Source: Anaerohalosphaeraceae bacterium (GTDB lineage: Bacteria > Planctomycetota > Phycisphaerae > Sedimentisphaerales > Anaerohalosphaeraceae). Taken from it: 64,000 nt of DNA. The notes below the pieces were generated by a model. It saw only the letters and a list, made by a program, of their open reading frames with translations, searched no databases and was not told where the DNA came from. The stretch lies in NCBI GenBank assembly GCA_963675525.2, contig CAXXSL010000013.1:1-64000 (forward strand), in the 5' to 3' direction. How positions within the stretch are numbered: position 1 is the first letter of the stretch; each line of letters begins with the position of its first letter. Shown in pieces: positions 40,020 to 49,071 of the stretch. Both the position numbers and the translations under genes were made by a program.

Positions 40020-40895
40020 ATGTTTAGCGGGACGTTAGTTGCATTAGTTACCCCTTTCTCGGAAGGTCAGGTAGATTTTGAAACACTGACCGAATTGGTG
40101 GAGTTTCACCTCGATAGCGGTACGGACGGGCTGGTGCCTGTCGGCACGACCGGCGAATCGCCTACGCTGACCTATGAAGAACACAAACAGGTGATTAAAC
40201 GCGTCGTCGAGGTTGCCGGCGGAAAAATCCCCGTGGTCGCAGGCACAGGCTCCAACAGTACAGCCGAAGCGATTGAATTGACGGCCTATGCCAAAAAAGT
40301 CGGTGTCGATGCTTCACTGCAGGTGGCCCCCTATTACAACAAGCCCACGCAGGAAGGATTCTATGAACATTTCAAGGCGATTGCCGAAGAGGTGGACCTG
40401 CCGATGGTGCTGTATAACATCCCCGGCCGGTGCGGCGGGTCGGGCCTGACGCCGGAAACCATTGCCAGGTTAGCGGAACTGGAGAACGTGGTCGGTGTCA
40501 AAGAAGCAACCGGACGCTTGGACCAGGCCAGCGAAATCGCCATGCTTTGCGATTTGACGATTTTGTCGGGCGATGATTCGCTGACGCTGCCGCTGGCTTC
40601 GGTCGGGGCCAAAGGCGTTATCAGCGTGGTCGCCAATATTGTGCCGGCCGATGTTAAAGCCATGACGGATTTGATTCTGGAAGGTGATTTTGTACAAGCA
40701 CGCAAATGGCACCGAAAACTGTTCACCCTGTCGAAAAACATGCTGACGCTGGCGACGAATCCGATCCCGATCAAAGCGGCGATGGCAATGCTGAACATGG
40801 CCTCTGATGAAATGCGTCTGCCAATGACGAATCTAAACGAACAGCAGGAAGCGGTTTTGCAGAAAGCCCTGAAAGACTACGGTCTGCTGGGGTAA
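40020..40895 (+). CDS. dapA: 4-hydroxy-tetrahydrodipicolinate synthase
   Basis: ALVTPF, GTTGES, PYYNKP, LYNIPGR, GVKEA and NPIPIK. Confidence 0.96.
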   Translation: MFSGTLVALVTPFSEGQVDFETLTELVEFHLDSGTDGLVPVGTTGESPTLTYEEHKQVIKRVVEVAGGKIPVVAGTGSNSTAEAIELTAYAKKVGVDASLQVAPYYNKPTQEGFYEHFKAIAEEVDLPMVLYNIPGRCGGSGLTPETIARLAELENVVGVKEATGRLDQASEIAMLCDLTILSGDDSLTLPLASVGAKGVISVVANIVPADVKAMTDLILEGDFVQARKWHRKLFTLSKNMLTLATNPIPIKAAMAMLNMASDEMRLPMTNLNEQQEAVLQKALKDYGLLG

Positions 40896-40900
40896 CGGGG

Positions 40901-40982
40901 AAAACTCGAAATCCTAAAGCTCAAAATCCTAAACAACTTTGAATTCTAAAAGGCTCAAAATGTTCAATATTTTGAGCTTTTT
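40901..40982. repeat. Partial heptamer repeat element with a terminal hairpin
   Basis: aaactcg-aaatcct-aaagctc-aaaatcct..., then GCTCAAAAT...ATTTTGAGC followed by a T-tract. Confidence 0.6.
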
Positions 40983-41455
40983 CATTTTATTTCTTCTTTA
41001 ATTTTATCTAACCGAAGTAGATTTATTGTAACATCAGAAGCTTTAATGGCATCATGACAAGAGTTAATTTTTCGATTCCCAAGAAACCATTTTTCTCCTT
41101 CTCTCAAAAAACACTTTAACATAGCATAAGCACAAGTATCGATGCTTTCGAATTCTTTGCTATATCTGAAACTGTACTTTCTCTTAGGCACAAGTAAATA
41201 AAACCAGTTTTTGATATAATCCGAATCAGGGCCGTTTAGAGCCACACTTTCTTTTTGTGACATTAATTCTCTATTACCAAAATGGAGGCGAAAATATGGC
41301 CCGAAAGTAAATTTATGGATATGAATAAATTCTGCTATATCTCCCACCACCCTTACAAAAAAAGTTTTTTTAGTTCTACAAAAACCATAAGGACTCAGGA
41401 GTTCACCAAATCGTTCAAGAATATATTCGTTATTTTTCTGTACCCAATCTTCCAT
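40982..41455 (-). CDS. Hypothetical protein (DUF4304-like, AT-rich orphan)
   Basis: LLSPYGFCRTKKTFFVR N-terminus resembles DUF4304; markedly AT-rich. Confidence 0.55.
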   Translation of the reverse strand: MEDWVQKNNEYILERFGELLSPYGFCRTKKTFFVRVVGDIAEFIHIHKFTFGPYFRLHFGNRELMSQKESVALNGPDSDYIKNWFYLLVPKRKYSFRYSKEFESIDTCAYAMLKCFLREGEKWFLGNRKINSCHDAIKASDVTINLLRLDKIKEEIK

Positions 41456-41499
41456 TTATTATCAATAATATTTTATCGTGTAAGCAATTAAAAACTGAC

Positions 41500-42636
41500 C
41501 TATCCGATAATGATCGGCTCTTCTTCGAGTTCTTTGTGACGGACCCTGTATTCCTGCTGAGCGGCCACATAAGTCTCCATGAGTTTATCGACCATGCGGC
41601 TGACGCTGTTGTGCTGGCGCAGGTGCTTTTGGCCATTCATGGCCAGTTGGCGTGTTTCGGCCCTTTGGCCCAGCAGTTTTTTCAGACAGCCGTATATGCT
41701 GAGTTCATCCGCTCCATCCCAGAGTGCCGCGGTCTGGCCATCATAGACAAGACCACTTGACTTTTCGGCACAACCGGCCACCGCCAGCCCAACCCCCATC
41801 GCCTCCAGCAAACGCCCGTCAAATTGACCGGTGTTCTCCAAATGCAGGTAAATATCCGCACCGGCCAAGATAGCCCGCATGGGGCCCATCGGCGGAACAA
41901 TTGTGACGACAGAGGTCAACCCCAACTCACGGATTCGCCGACGAATATTTTTTTCTTTCCGTCCTTTTCCCATAATCGCCAGCATCAGTTCAAACCCATC
42001 CAGTACCAAGTGGCGAGCGGCCCCCAGCAGCGGTTCAAATACCGCCACATGATCCAGCGAATGAATCGCGATCAGACTGGGAATCCGGCCGGGTACCGAA
42101 AAACACCGGCACGAATCCTCCAGGAAAGTCCCGACATGAATCCGTTCAATGCATTCGCTTAATTTTGGAAAGTCCGCACACAACCGGTCAGCGATCGCCT
42201 CGGAAGGCGCGATGATCCTGGAAACGTTTCGAATCGATTTGTCCAGCTGCAGCCAGCGCGACCCATGACGATGAAAAGTCAGAACGTAAGGAATTTGAAG
42301 CTGCTGCGAAAGCCAATCCGCTAAATGAATCTGTCCGGGATAAAAGGCATGCAGGATGGTGGGTTTAAAACGGCTCAGCCGTTCCAGCAGGATCCGGCGG
42401 TTCTGATACCGGAAGATCGGCAGCCGCAGCGCCGGATGCTCAACCCGCTCAACCGCCGGACAGAGCATCGTCTCGGCATTGATACAGGCAGGACAAACCA
42501 GAACCGAAGCATGGGCTGTGCCGCTAAGACCAACCAGAATGCGCCGGATATAAGACGCATAAGACTGATAGGTTCCGCGGTCAACAAGAAAAACCGGCCT
42601 GATCGTTTCTGGGGTTCCATTGTGTCCGTGCGGCAT
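41500..42636 (-). CDS. Glycosyltransferase family 4-like protein
   Basis: KPTILHA, IIAPSEA, ADIY...LLEAMGVG; GT-B pattern with a divergent catalytic motif. Confidence 0.7.
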   Translation of the reverse strand: MPHGHNGTPETIRPVFLVDRGTYQSYASYIRRILVGLSGTAHASVLVCPACINAETMLCPAVERVEHPALRLPIFRYQNRRILLERLSRFKPTILHAFYPGQIHLADWLSQQLQIPYVLTFHRHGSRWLQLDKSIRNVSRIIAPSEAIADRLCADFPKLSECIERIHVGTFLEDSCRCFSVPGRIPSLIAIHSLDHVAVFEPLLGAARHLVLDGFELMLAIMGKGRKEKNIRRRIRELGLTSVVTIVPPMGPMRAILAGADIYLHLENTGQFDGRLLEAMGVGLAVAGCAEKSSGLVYDGQTAALWDGADELSIYGCLKKLLGQRAETRQLAMNGQKHLRQHNSVSRMVDKLMETYVAAQQEYRVRHKELEEEPIIIG

Positions 42637-42659
42637 GGTTTATCTAACCCTCAATAGAC

Positions 42660-43514
42660 TCATGAAAGATTGTTCAGTATCTTCTGGAGTTTTTCCATTT
42701 GCCCGGCCTTGATATGGTAGCAATGGTCATCATCGGGAAAAGCCCCCTCTCGAATCTGACCCGCATAATCTTTAAGGGTACCGATCATGAGATCCCCCAA
42801 GCCTGCAAAGTTTTTGGAGAATTTCGGTTTGGGACCCGCGTTCAATCCAAGAATGTCCGAGATGATCAGAATCTGCCCGTCACAGTCCGGACCCGACCCG
42901 CAACTGATCACCGGAACCGGGCTGGTTTCGGTCACAATTTTTGAGACTTCCCGGGCGGTCCCCTCCAACAGCAGGGAGCTTGCCCCGGCGGCCACCATTT
43001 TTTTCGACAGTTCGATCAATTCCAGCGCCAGCTCCGCAGTGGTACCCTCTGCCTTCAGTTTCCCGATCTTGGTGATCCGCTGGGGCCGAATGCCGATATG
43101 GGCCATGACCGCCATCCCCGCGTCACTGACTGCCTTGATCACGTCCAGATGAGCGGCCGTCACTTCGATCTTAACGATCTGGGTGCCGGTTTCCTGAAAG
43201 AAACGCCCTGCATTTCGCACTGCATCGGCGATACTGGTCTGATACGATAAAAACGGCATATCGGCCACCAGGCACACATTTTCAGCGGCTCTGCGAACCG
43301 CCGCGGTGATGGCCACCATGAAATCCATTGTTACCGGCAGCGTTGTATCATAGCCCAGCATGACCTGGGCGGCAGAATCTCCCACCAGAATCATGTCTAC
43401 ATCTGACTGACTAACCAGTTTGGCGGTAGTATAATCGTAGCAACTAACCGCCACAATTTTACGGCCGGCCTGTTTGGCCTCCAGCAGATCCGATATCGTA
43501 ACTTTATTGTTCAT
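42660..43514 (-). CDS. panB: 3-methyl-2-oxobutanoate hydroxymethyltransferase
   Basis: CYDY, ILVGDS, VADMPF.SY, HIG..PQ and CDGQIL. Start MNNKVT. Confidence 0.95.
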   Translation of the reverse strand: MNNKVTISDLLEAKQAGRKIVAVSCYDYTTAKLVSQSDVDMILVGDSAAQVMLGYDTTLPVTMDFMVAITAAVRRAAENVCLVADMPFLSYQTSIADAVRNAGRFFQETGTQIVKIEVTAAHLDVIKAVSDAGMAVMAHIGIRPQRITKIGKLKAEGTTAELALELIELSKKMVAAGASSLLLEGTAREVSKIVTETSPVPVISCGSGPDCDGQILIISDILGLNAGPKPKFSKNFAGLGDLMIGTLKDYAGQIREGAFPDDDHCYHIKAGQMEKLQKILNNLS

Positions 43515-43860
43515 AAGCAGTTTCTCGAAACAAAGATGCGCATAGTATACCGAAGTCTCTAATTTCATTGCAAGGGCTTTTTTTGTGACCGATAATACAA
43601 GCCTTTCTGTGTCTAAAATTAATTCTTTATGGAATATCTCCCTTACACCCAAGTTTTTGTATTTTTCTTAAAGAATCTATCTCCGAATTCTCGATATAGA
43701 GTGTGGTAAAGATATTATAATAGATTTATATAACAAGCTTTTCATCACCCTCCTCCGAAGCCAGGTTCTATCATGGAATCTGGCTTTTTTAGTTTCTTCA
43801 TCAAGACAGTCCCTTTTTTCTCCGATATAAATTCGGAACAATAAACCGTTAAATATTGTT

Positions 43861-44628
43861 ATGGGACGCACAATGGGATCAGCCAACACAGAAACGAACA
43901 TCCTTGACAACACCGACGAGCAAAAACTCATCGCCCAACTGCCGGCAGAATTACAGTCGTTCTGCGCCTCCGGCAAATCCGTGACGGAACTGGCTCACCT
44001 GGTTAAAAATATCATCCAGATGGTTTCCGGATCGGTCGAAATTCTCGAATTGGGACTGGAGCGAAAACAATACGACCGAGTCCGGCGAAGCTGGGATATT
44101 TTCGAGCCTAATTTTATCCGTCTGAAAAAATTCGTCATGGACCTGATCAAATATACCAAGCAGTACCCCCTCCAGTTGACCAACTGTGATTTTAATGACA
44201 TCGTCCAAAGAGGGATTCATTCCTGTGAGCATTTACTGAAAAACAAACACGTCAAACTACAGTTGCGGCAGGATAAGACCATTCCGGTCGCGCAATTTGA
44301 CGCGGATCGCCTTGAAGAAATGGTTGGAAATCTTGTGACCCATGCACTGGATAATCTCAAGGATCAGATGGGTGAAATTGCTATCCAGACTCACTATTTA
44401 CCGGAAAATCATCAAATTCAACTGATGGTCGGCGACGATGGCCCCCTGCTTTCCAAAGAAAACAGGCAGCAATTAATGGAGCCGTTTGAACGCACCCGGA
44501 ATATGTGCGGAACAGGCTTTGACATTCCCCTGGCCAAACTATATGTCGAGCAGCACAATGGATACATGGAGATCGACGCCGATAAGAGTCTGGGTAACCA
44601 CGTCTGCGTCTATCTGCCTGTAAAGTAA
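43861..44628 (+). CDS. Sensor-less histidine-kinase-like protein with a degenerate ATPase domain
   Basis: H-box ELAHLVKNI; N-box NLVTHALD, G1 DDGPLL and G2 GTGFDI are all altered. Confidence 0.75.
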   Translation: MGRTMGSANTETNILDNTDEQKLIAQLPAELQSFCASGKSVTELAHLVKNIIQMVSGSVEILELGLERKQYDRVRRSWDIFEPNFIRLKKFVMDLIKYTKQYPLQLTNCDFNDIVQRGIHSCEHLLKNKHVKLQLRQDKTIPVAQFDADRLEEMVGNLVTHALDNLKDQMGEIAIQTHYLPENHQIQLMVGDDGPLLSKENRQQLMEPFERTRNMCGTGFDIPLAKLYVEQHNGYMEIDADKSLGNHVCVYLPVK

Positions 44629-44703
44629 TCACTCTCAAAATCGGCATCCTTTTTTAGACTTGATTCTTATTGCTGAATGCTTTTTAATCATTCGTAATCA
44701 GCG

Positions 44704-45087
44704 ATGTCAAGCGAACCCCAAAAAACCGATTTTTTCGTTCGTCTTTACCGCGCCCTTGGGCCGGTGGCCGGAGGTCTTTTGCTGGATTTTGCAGACCTGG
44801 CAACATTCGGTCCAACAGGACTCTTTCTGGGTCCTTTTATCGGGATGGCCATCGCGTTTTGGATCTGTTCGATCTACCGTTTTTCATTCCGGACAAAAGT
44901 AATACTCTCATTGCTGGCCGGACTTTATTGCGGGATACCCATGACCGGACTGTTTCCACTGGCAACGCTTATTACCGCAGCCTGTCGTTTTTTTGAATCT
45001 CCTCCGGAACCGCCTTCTTCTACAACCGGACAACATCGGAAACAAGTCGATTCAAAAATTATCGAAAACGACGACGACACTGTCTAA
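44704..45087 (+). CDS. Hypothetical membrane protein
   Basis: Hydrophobic segments with LDFADLATFGP.G. Confidence 0.65.
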   Translation: MSSEPQKTDFFVRLYRALGPVAGGLLLDFADLATFGPTGLFLGPFIGMAIAFWICSIYRFSFRTKVILSLLAGLYCGIPMTGLFPLATLITAACRFFESPPEPPSSTTGQHRKQVDSKIIENDDDTV

Positions 45088-45167
45088 TTAAGACCGTTCA
45101 TATCTTGAAGATTTTTGGGACATTCACACGCAATTTTCCGGGAAACCAGGCATGGAAAGGAATATTC

Positions 45168-45336
45168 TTGACCTCGCGATGAGATTTTGTAGAATTGCCG
45201 AGCCGACGTGTTAAGAAATATTTCGTGTTTTTTAACCGTTTAAATGGTAAATGTCTTGCCAGTAACACTGCAATTCGTCAATAACCTGTTTATTTCTTGC
45301 ACGATGTTAATAACATGGACTAGTTGGTCTAAACTA
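45168..45336 (+). promoter_or_regulatory. Promoter and candidate operators of the glycoside locus
   Basis: TTGACC-N16-TAGAAT (45168-45195), LacI-type palindrome TTTAACCGTTTAAA (45231-45244) and GntR/HutC-type TGGTCTAAACTA (45325-45336). Confidence 0.5.
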
Positions 45337-45358
45337 TAGATAAAATGACTATAATTAT

Positions 45359-47506
45359 ATGGGCTTAGTCGCAACAATTTCTGACACCAATCAAAACATG
45401 AAAGAACAACTTATGATGGGAAGAAACCTCAAAATATCAATAAGCGTGCTATTAATGATCGGGCTAACAAGCTGTAACGCAGCGAAAAAGCAGAACACAT
45501 CACAACAATGGCAGCAAAATCTCACGAGCGTGATTCCCTACAAGATTCATGAGACGCATGGCATTTCCGTTCAATCCGTCGAAGACCATCACATTCTGCA
45601 GGGTAAAGACGGCTTTAAGCTTGTTCTTGTGCCCGAGCAGGACGACGTCTGGAATATGGAATCGGTCAGCGTTCTGGGCCTGATGCTCAAGAACACCGGC
45701 CGGACAGAAATGATTCTGGATATGACGCTGTGCAATGATGGGGCGACCGGATGGTCCAATTCGTCGCTTGGCCGTACAGTTGTAAAAACCGGGGAGGAAC
45801 TTCCCTTGGCTGTGGCGCTTGCTCGGCGAGCCATAAACTGGGAACCCCACCCTGCCTACTTGAGAATGTCCGGTCTGCCAAACGGCCATTTCAGCCATTG
45901 GCACACAATCGATCCGGCGAACGTGAAAAATCTTGTCATTACGTGCAATCAAAAAGGTGATCATGCTTTTGAATTGGCACAGATGTTCCCCCTGCAAAAA
46001 ATGGACGAAACCCGCATGGACGACTTTCCGTTCATTGATAAATACGGACAGTATATTCTTAAGGAATGGCCGGGAAAGGTTCACTCGGACAAGGACTTCA
46101 AGAAAAGCATCGCTACCGAGAAAAAGCTGGAAAAAGAACTCGCCAGCCAAGTTGGTTTTAGCCGGTACGGAGGATGGAAAGACGGGCCTAAATTCGAAGC
46201 AACGGGCCGTTTCCGTACGATAGAGTATGAAGGAAGGTGGTGGTTTGTCGATCCCGATGGCTATCTGTTCTGGTCTCATGGAGTAACCTGTGTTGGGATT
46301 GGCTTTGCGGCTCAAACACCCACTGAAAGAGATCCTCGAGTTTTTCAGGATCTTCCAGCCGAGGATGATAAAGAGTTTGGCCAGTTTCATTCCAAGCGGG
46401 ATGTCGAGCATTATTACGCGCTTCTGGAAGATGTTCCGCATTATGAATTTACACAGTCCAATCTGTATCGAAAATATGGTAAGGACTGGCGGAGAAAATT
46501 TGTTGAGCAGGACATCAAACGCCTGAAGTATTGTCATCTCAATACGATCGGTGCCTGGTCGGACGATGAGATCCTTGCACAGAAACAAATACCTTACACC
46601 GCAATGATTCATTATGAATATGCTTTCGCCGCACAAAAACTCCCCGATCCTTTTGACCCTGAGACCCGTGCGGGCTTACGCAAGTCCATTCGTGAATATC
46701 CGGTGAACTTAAAAAATGACCCCTGGTGTATCGGGGCCTTTGTGAATAATGAACTGCATTGGAACAATAATGCTTATGGTTTGACGATCGACATCCTAAG
46801 CTATGACCAAAGAAACGCAAAGATAAAGAAAGAGACGACAGAGGTTAAAAAGGTTTTCCGGAATTGGCTGAAGGATAAATACACCACCCTAGAGGCATTC
46901 AATGAAGCTTGGAAGACACAGTTTTCCGATTGGGATGACTTCCTTAAAGTGACTGATTCATCTGTTTTTAGAAATGCCAATGGAGACGATTGCTCTGAAT
47001 TAATCACACTTTTCGCTGATGCGTTTTTTAAGATGGTCCGAGAAGAATTAGACAGCTATTCTCCGGGAGTGCTTTATCTGGGGTGTCGTTTCAACAAGGG
47101 GCCGACTGAAGTGCACAGGACAGCGGCGAAGTACGTGGATGTGATGAGTACGAATTGGTACTCGTACTCCCCTTACATAGGACGCTACGGGTCTTTCGAT
47201 AAGCCGGTTCTAATCAGCGAATATCACTTCGTTAATACTTCCGGCAGCAATCTTGGCGGAGGACTCAGAAGCGCTCAGGATGCCGTTCAACAGGGACGCC
47301 TGTATAAAGCATATGTTAAAGAGGCAGTGAATCACCCGAAAATCATTGGCGTCCACTGGTTCGAGTGGCGCGACCAAAATGTGGGAGGCCGTTATGACGG
47401 CGAAAACTATGATGTAGGTTTCTTTGATGTAGCCGATATGCCCAATGAGGAGCTAATCCGGGCCGCGGCAGAAAGCGGACGCAACCTTTACGATTGCATC
47501 AAATAA
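45359..47506 (+). CDS. GH50-like (agarase-family) glycoside hydrolase, probable lipoprotein
   Basis: IDKYGQY...WPGKV, ATGRFR....GRWWFVDPDGYLFWSHG, NTIGAWS, NNELHW, SEYHF and GRYDGENY. Lipobox LTSC; start may be 45413. Confidence 0.8.
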   Translation: MGLVATISDTNQNMKEQLMMGRNLKISISVLLMIGLTSCNAAKKQNTSQQWQQNLTSVIPYKIHETHGISVQSVEDHHILQGKDGFKLVLVPEQDDVWNMESVSVLGLMLKNTGRTEMILDMTLCNDGATGWSNSSLGRTVVKTGEELPLAVALARRAINWEPHPAYLRMSGLPNGHFSHWHTIDPANVKNLVITCNQKGDHAFELAQMFPLQKMDETRMDDFPFIDKYGQYILKEWPGKVHSDKDFKKSIATEKKLEKELASQVGFSRYGGWKDGPKFEATGRFRTIEYEGRWWFVDPDGYLFWSHGVTCVGIGFAAQTPTERDPRVFQDLPAEDDKEFGQFHSKRDVEHYYALLEDVPHYEFTQSNLYRKYGKDWRRKFVEQDIKRLKYCHLNTIGAWSDDEILAQKQIPYTAMIHYEYAFAAQKLPDPFDPETRAGLRKSIREYPVNLKNDPWCIGAFVNNELHWNNNAYGLTIDILSYDQRNAKIKKETTEVKKVFRNWLKDKYTTLEAFNEAWKTQFSDWDDFLKVTDSSVFRNANGDDCSELITLFADAFFKMVREELDSYSPGVLYLGCRFNKGPTEVHRTAAKYVDVMSTNWYSYSPYIGRYGSFDKPVLISEYHFVNTSGSNLGGGLRSAQDAVQQGRLYKAYVKEAVNHPKIIGVHWFEWRDQNVGGRYDGENYDVGFFDVADMPNEELIRAAAESGRNLYDCIK

Positions 47507-47519
47507 CCAAGGAGGCACT

Positions 47520-49070
47520 ATGAGTGAAAAGAATGAAACGCCGCAAGAGAACAAGGATACTTCGAGCGGGAAACTGAGCTTCAAGGAAAAGTTTTCGGTG
47601 GGCACCGGCGGTCTGACCGTTTCTCTCGGCAACCAGAGTGTCCGTACAACCGGTCAGGGCGTGCTCAATATGATTTTGGGAATCCCCTCCCAGTGGGTGG
47701 GTATTGTACTGGCCATTCCGCTGTTGTGGGATGCGATTACCGACCCGATCATGGGCAACTTCTCCGACAACTTTCGGTCAAGATTTGGCCGCCGTCGCCC
47801 TTTTATCCTGATAGGGGCGATCCTGATGGGCATTACTTTTGCCAGCATCTGGATGATTCCTCTTGAGTGGAGCGATGCGGGCCAGTTGACTTGGTTCCTC
47901 GTCACCAGCCTGCTTTTCTATACAGCCTACACCATCTTTTCGGTGCCGTACATCGGCCTGACCTATGAAATGACGCCGGATTATGATGAACGCACCTCCG
48001 TGCAGGGCTATGTGACTTTCTGGAACCGCCTTGGGGAAATGACCTATATGGGGCTGATTCCGCTTTCCGCCATCTTCATCTCCTGGAAGTATGGTTATAC
48101 AGACACCCGCAATCTGACAACACCGGAACAAATGGAGGGCATCCGAATTGCCGCGGCCGTCTACGGCGGGTTAGGCATGACGCTGTTTGGTCTTCTCCCG
48201 GCCTTCTTTGCCAGGGAGCGCAACTATGAGCTCAATATCAAGGAGCACCATGGCGCACGGGATTCGTTCTGGAAATCGGCGAAGCTGGCCCTGCAGAACC
48301 CGGCCTTTGTTATCCTGTGTACGCTGGCCGTGTTCACCATTGTGGCCGGCATGTTTGCCAGTAACATGGATTGGTATCTGCTCATCTACTATCTGTCGAA
48401 TGGCGACGTTGCGCTTGGAACCCAATGGAAACTGATTGTCACCGTCGGCTATGCCACGGTCGGCATACTCGGCATTCCGCTCATTGTCTGGATTACCGGG
48501 AAAATGACCAAGATCCACGGGTTCATGTTTATCTATGGTATGATGATCCTGAATGCAATCATACGCTGGTTCGTCTATCAGCCCGGCCGTTTCGACACCG
48601 TCCTTACCTGGAAAAACTTTCCTGAAATCGGAATGTCCCTTGCCGCCATTGTCAAATCCCTTATCTGGCTGGATCCGCTAACCGGCGGATTGTTCTGGAT
48701 CGGTGTGGGTGTGTTGGGACAGTCGTTGATCGCCGATGTATGCGACGATGACGAACTCAAGAACGGCCACCGACGCGAAGGGATGTTTGGAGCGATCTAT
48801 GGTTGGTCAATGAAGGCATCCTTTGCCGTCAGCTTTGTACTAATCGGCTTCTTCCTGAAATGGATCGGATTCGATCCCGGTACCGAATCGCAAACTCCGG
48901 GAACCTATCTGAGCATGCGTCTGGCCATGTGCATCGGCGCCGCCGGCCCGGCTCTGCTTTGTTTTGTTCTTCTGGGCTTCTATCCACTCACCAAGGTAAA
49001 AACCGAGGAAAACCGCAAGAAACTCGAGGAAACACGCGGGGAGAATCTTGACATCGCGACGGGATATTAA
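47520..49070 (+). CDS. GPH-family (MelB-like) sugar:cation symporter
   Basis: WDAITDPIMGNFSD..SRFGRRRPF, EMTPDYDERT and ADVCD.DELKNGHRREG. Confidence 0.92.
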   Translation: MSEKNETPQENKDTSSGKLSFKEKFSVGTGGLTVSLGNQSVRTTGQGVLNMILGIPSQWVGIVLAIPLLWDAITDPIMGNFSDNFRSRFGRRRPFILIGAILMGITFASIWMIPLEWSDAGQLTWFLVTSLLFYTAYTIFSVPYIGLTYEMTPDYDERTSVQGYVTFWNRLGEMTYMGLIPLSAIFISWKYGYTDTRNLTTPEQMEGIRIAAAVYGGLGMTLFGLLPAFFARERNYELNIKEHHGARDSFWKSAKLALQNPAFVILCTLAVFTIVAGMFASNMDWYLLIYYLSNGDVALGTQWKLIVTVGYATVGILGIPLIVWITGKMTKIHGFMFIYGMMILNAIIRWFVYQPGRFDTVLTWKNFPEIGMSLAAIVKSLIWLDPLTGGLFWIGVGVLGQSLIADVCDDDELKNGHRREGMFGAIYGWSMKASFAVSFVLIGFFLKWIGFDPGTESQTPGTYLSMRLAMCIGAAGPALLCFVLLGFYPLTKVKTEENRKKLEETRGENLDIATGY

Positions 49071-49071
49071 G

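Noticed and set aside
45500..46636. 378-aa antisense ORF within the GH50-like gene
   Set aside because: Shadow ORF with no motifs, fully overlapping a confident CDS.
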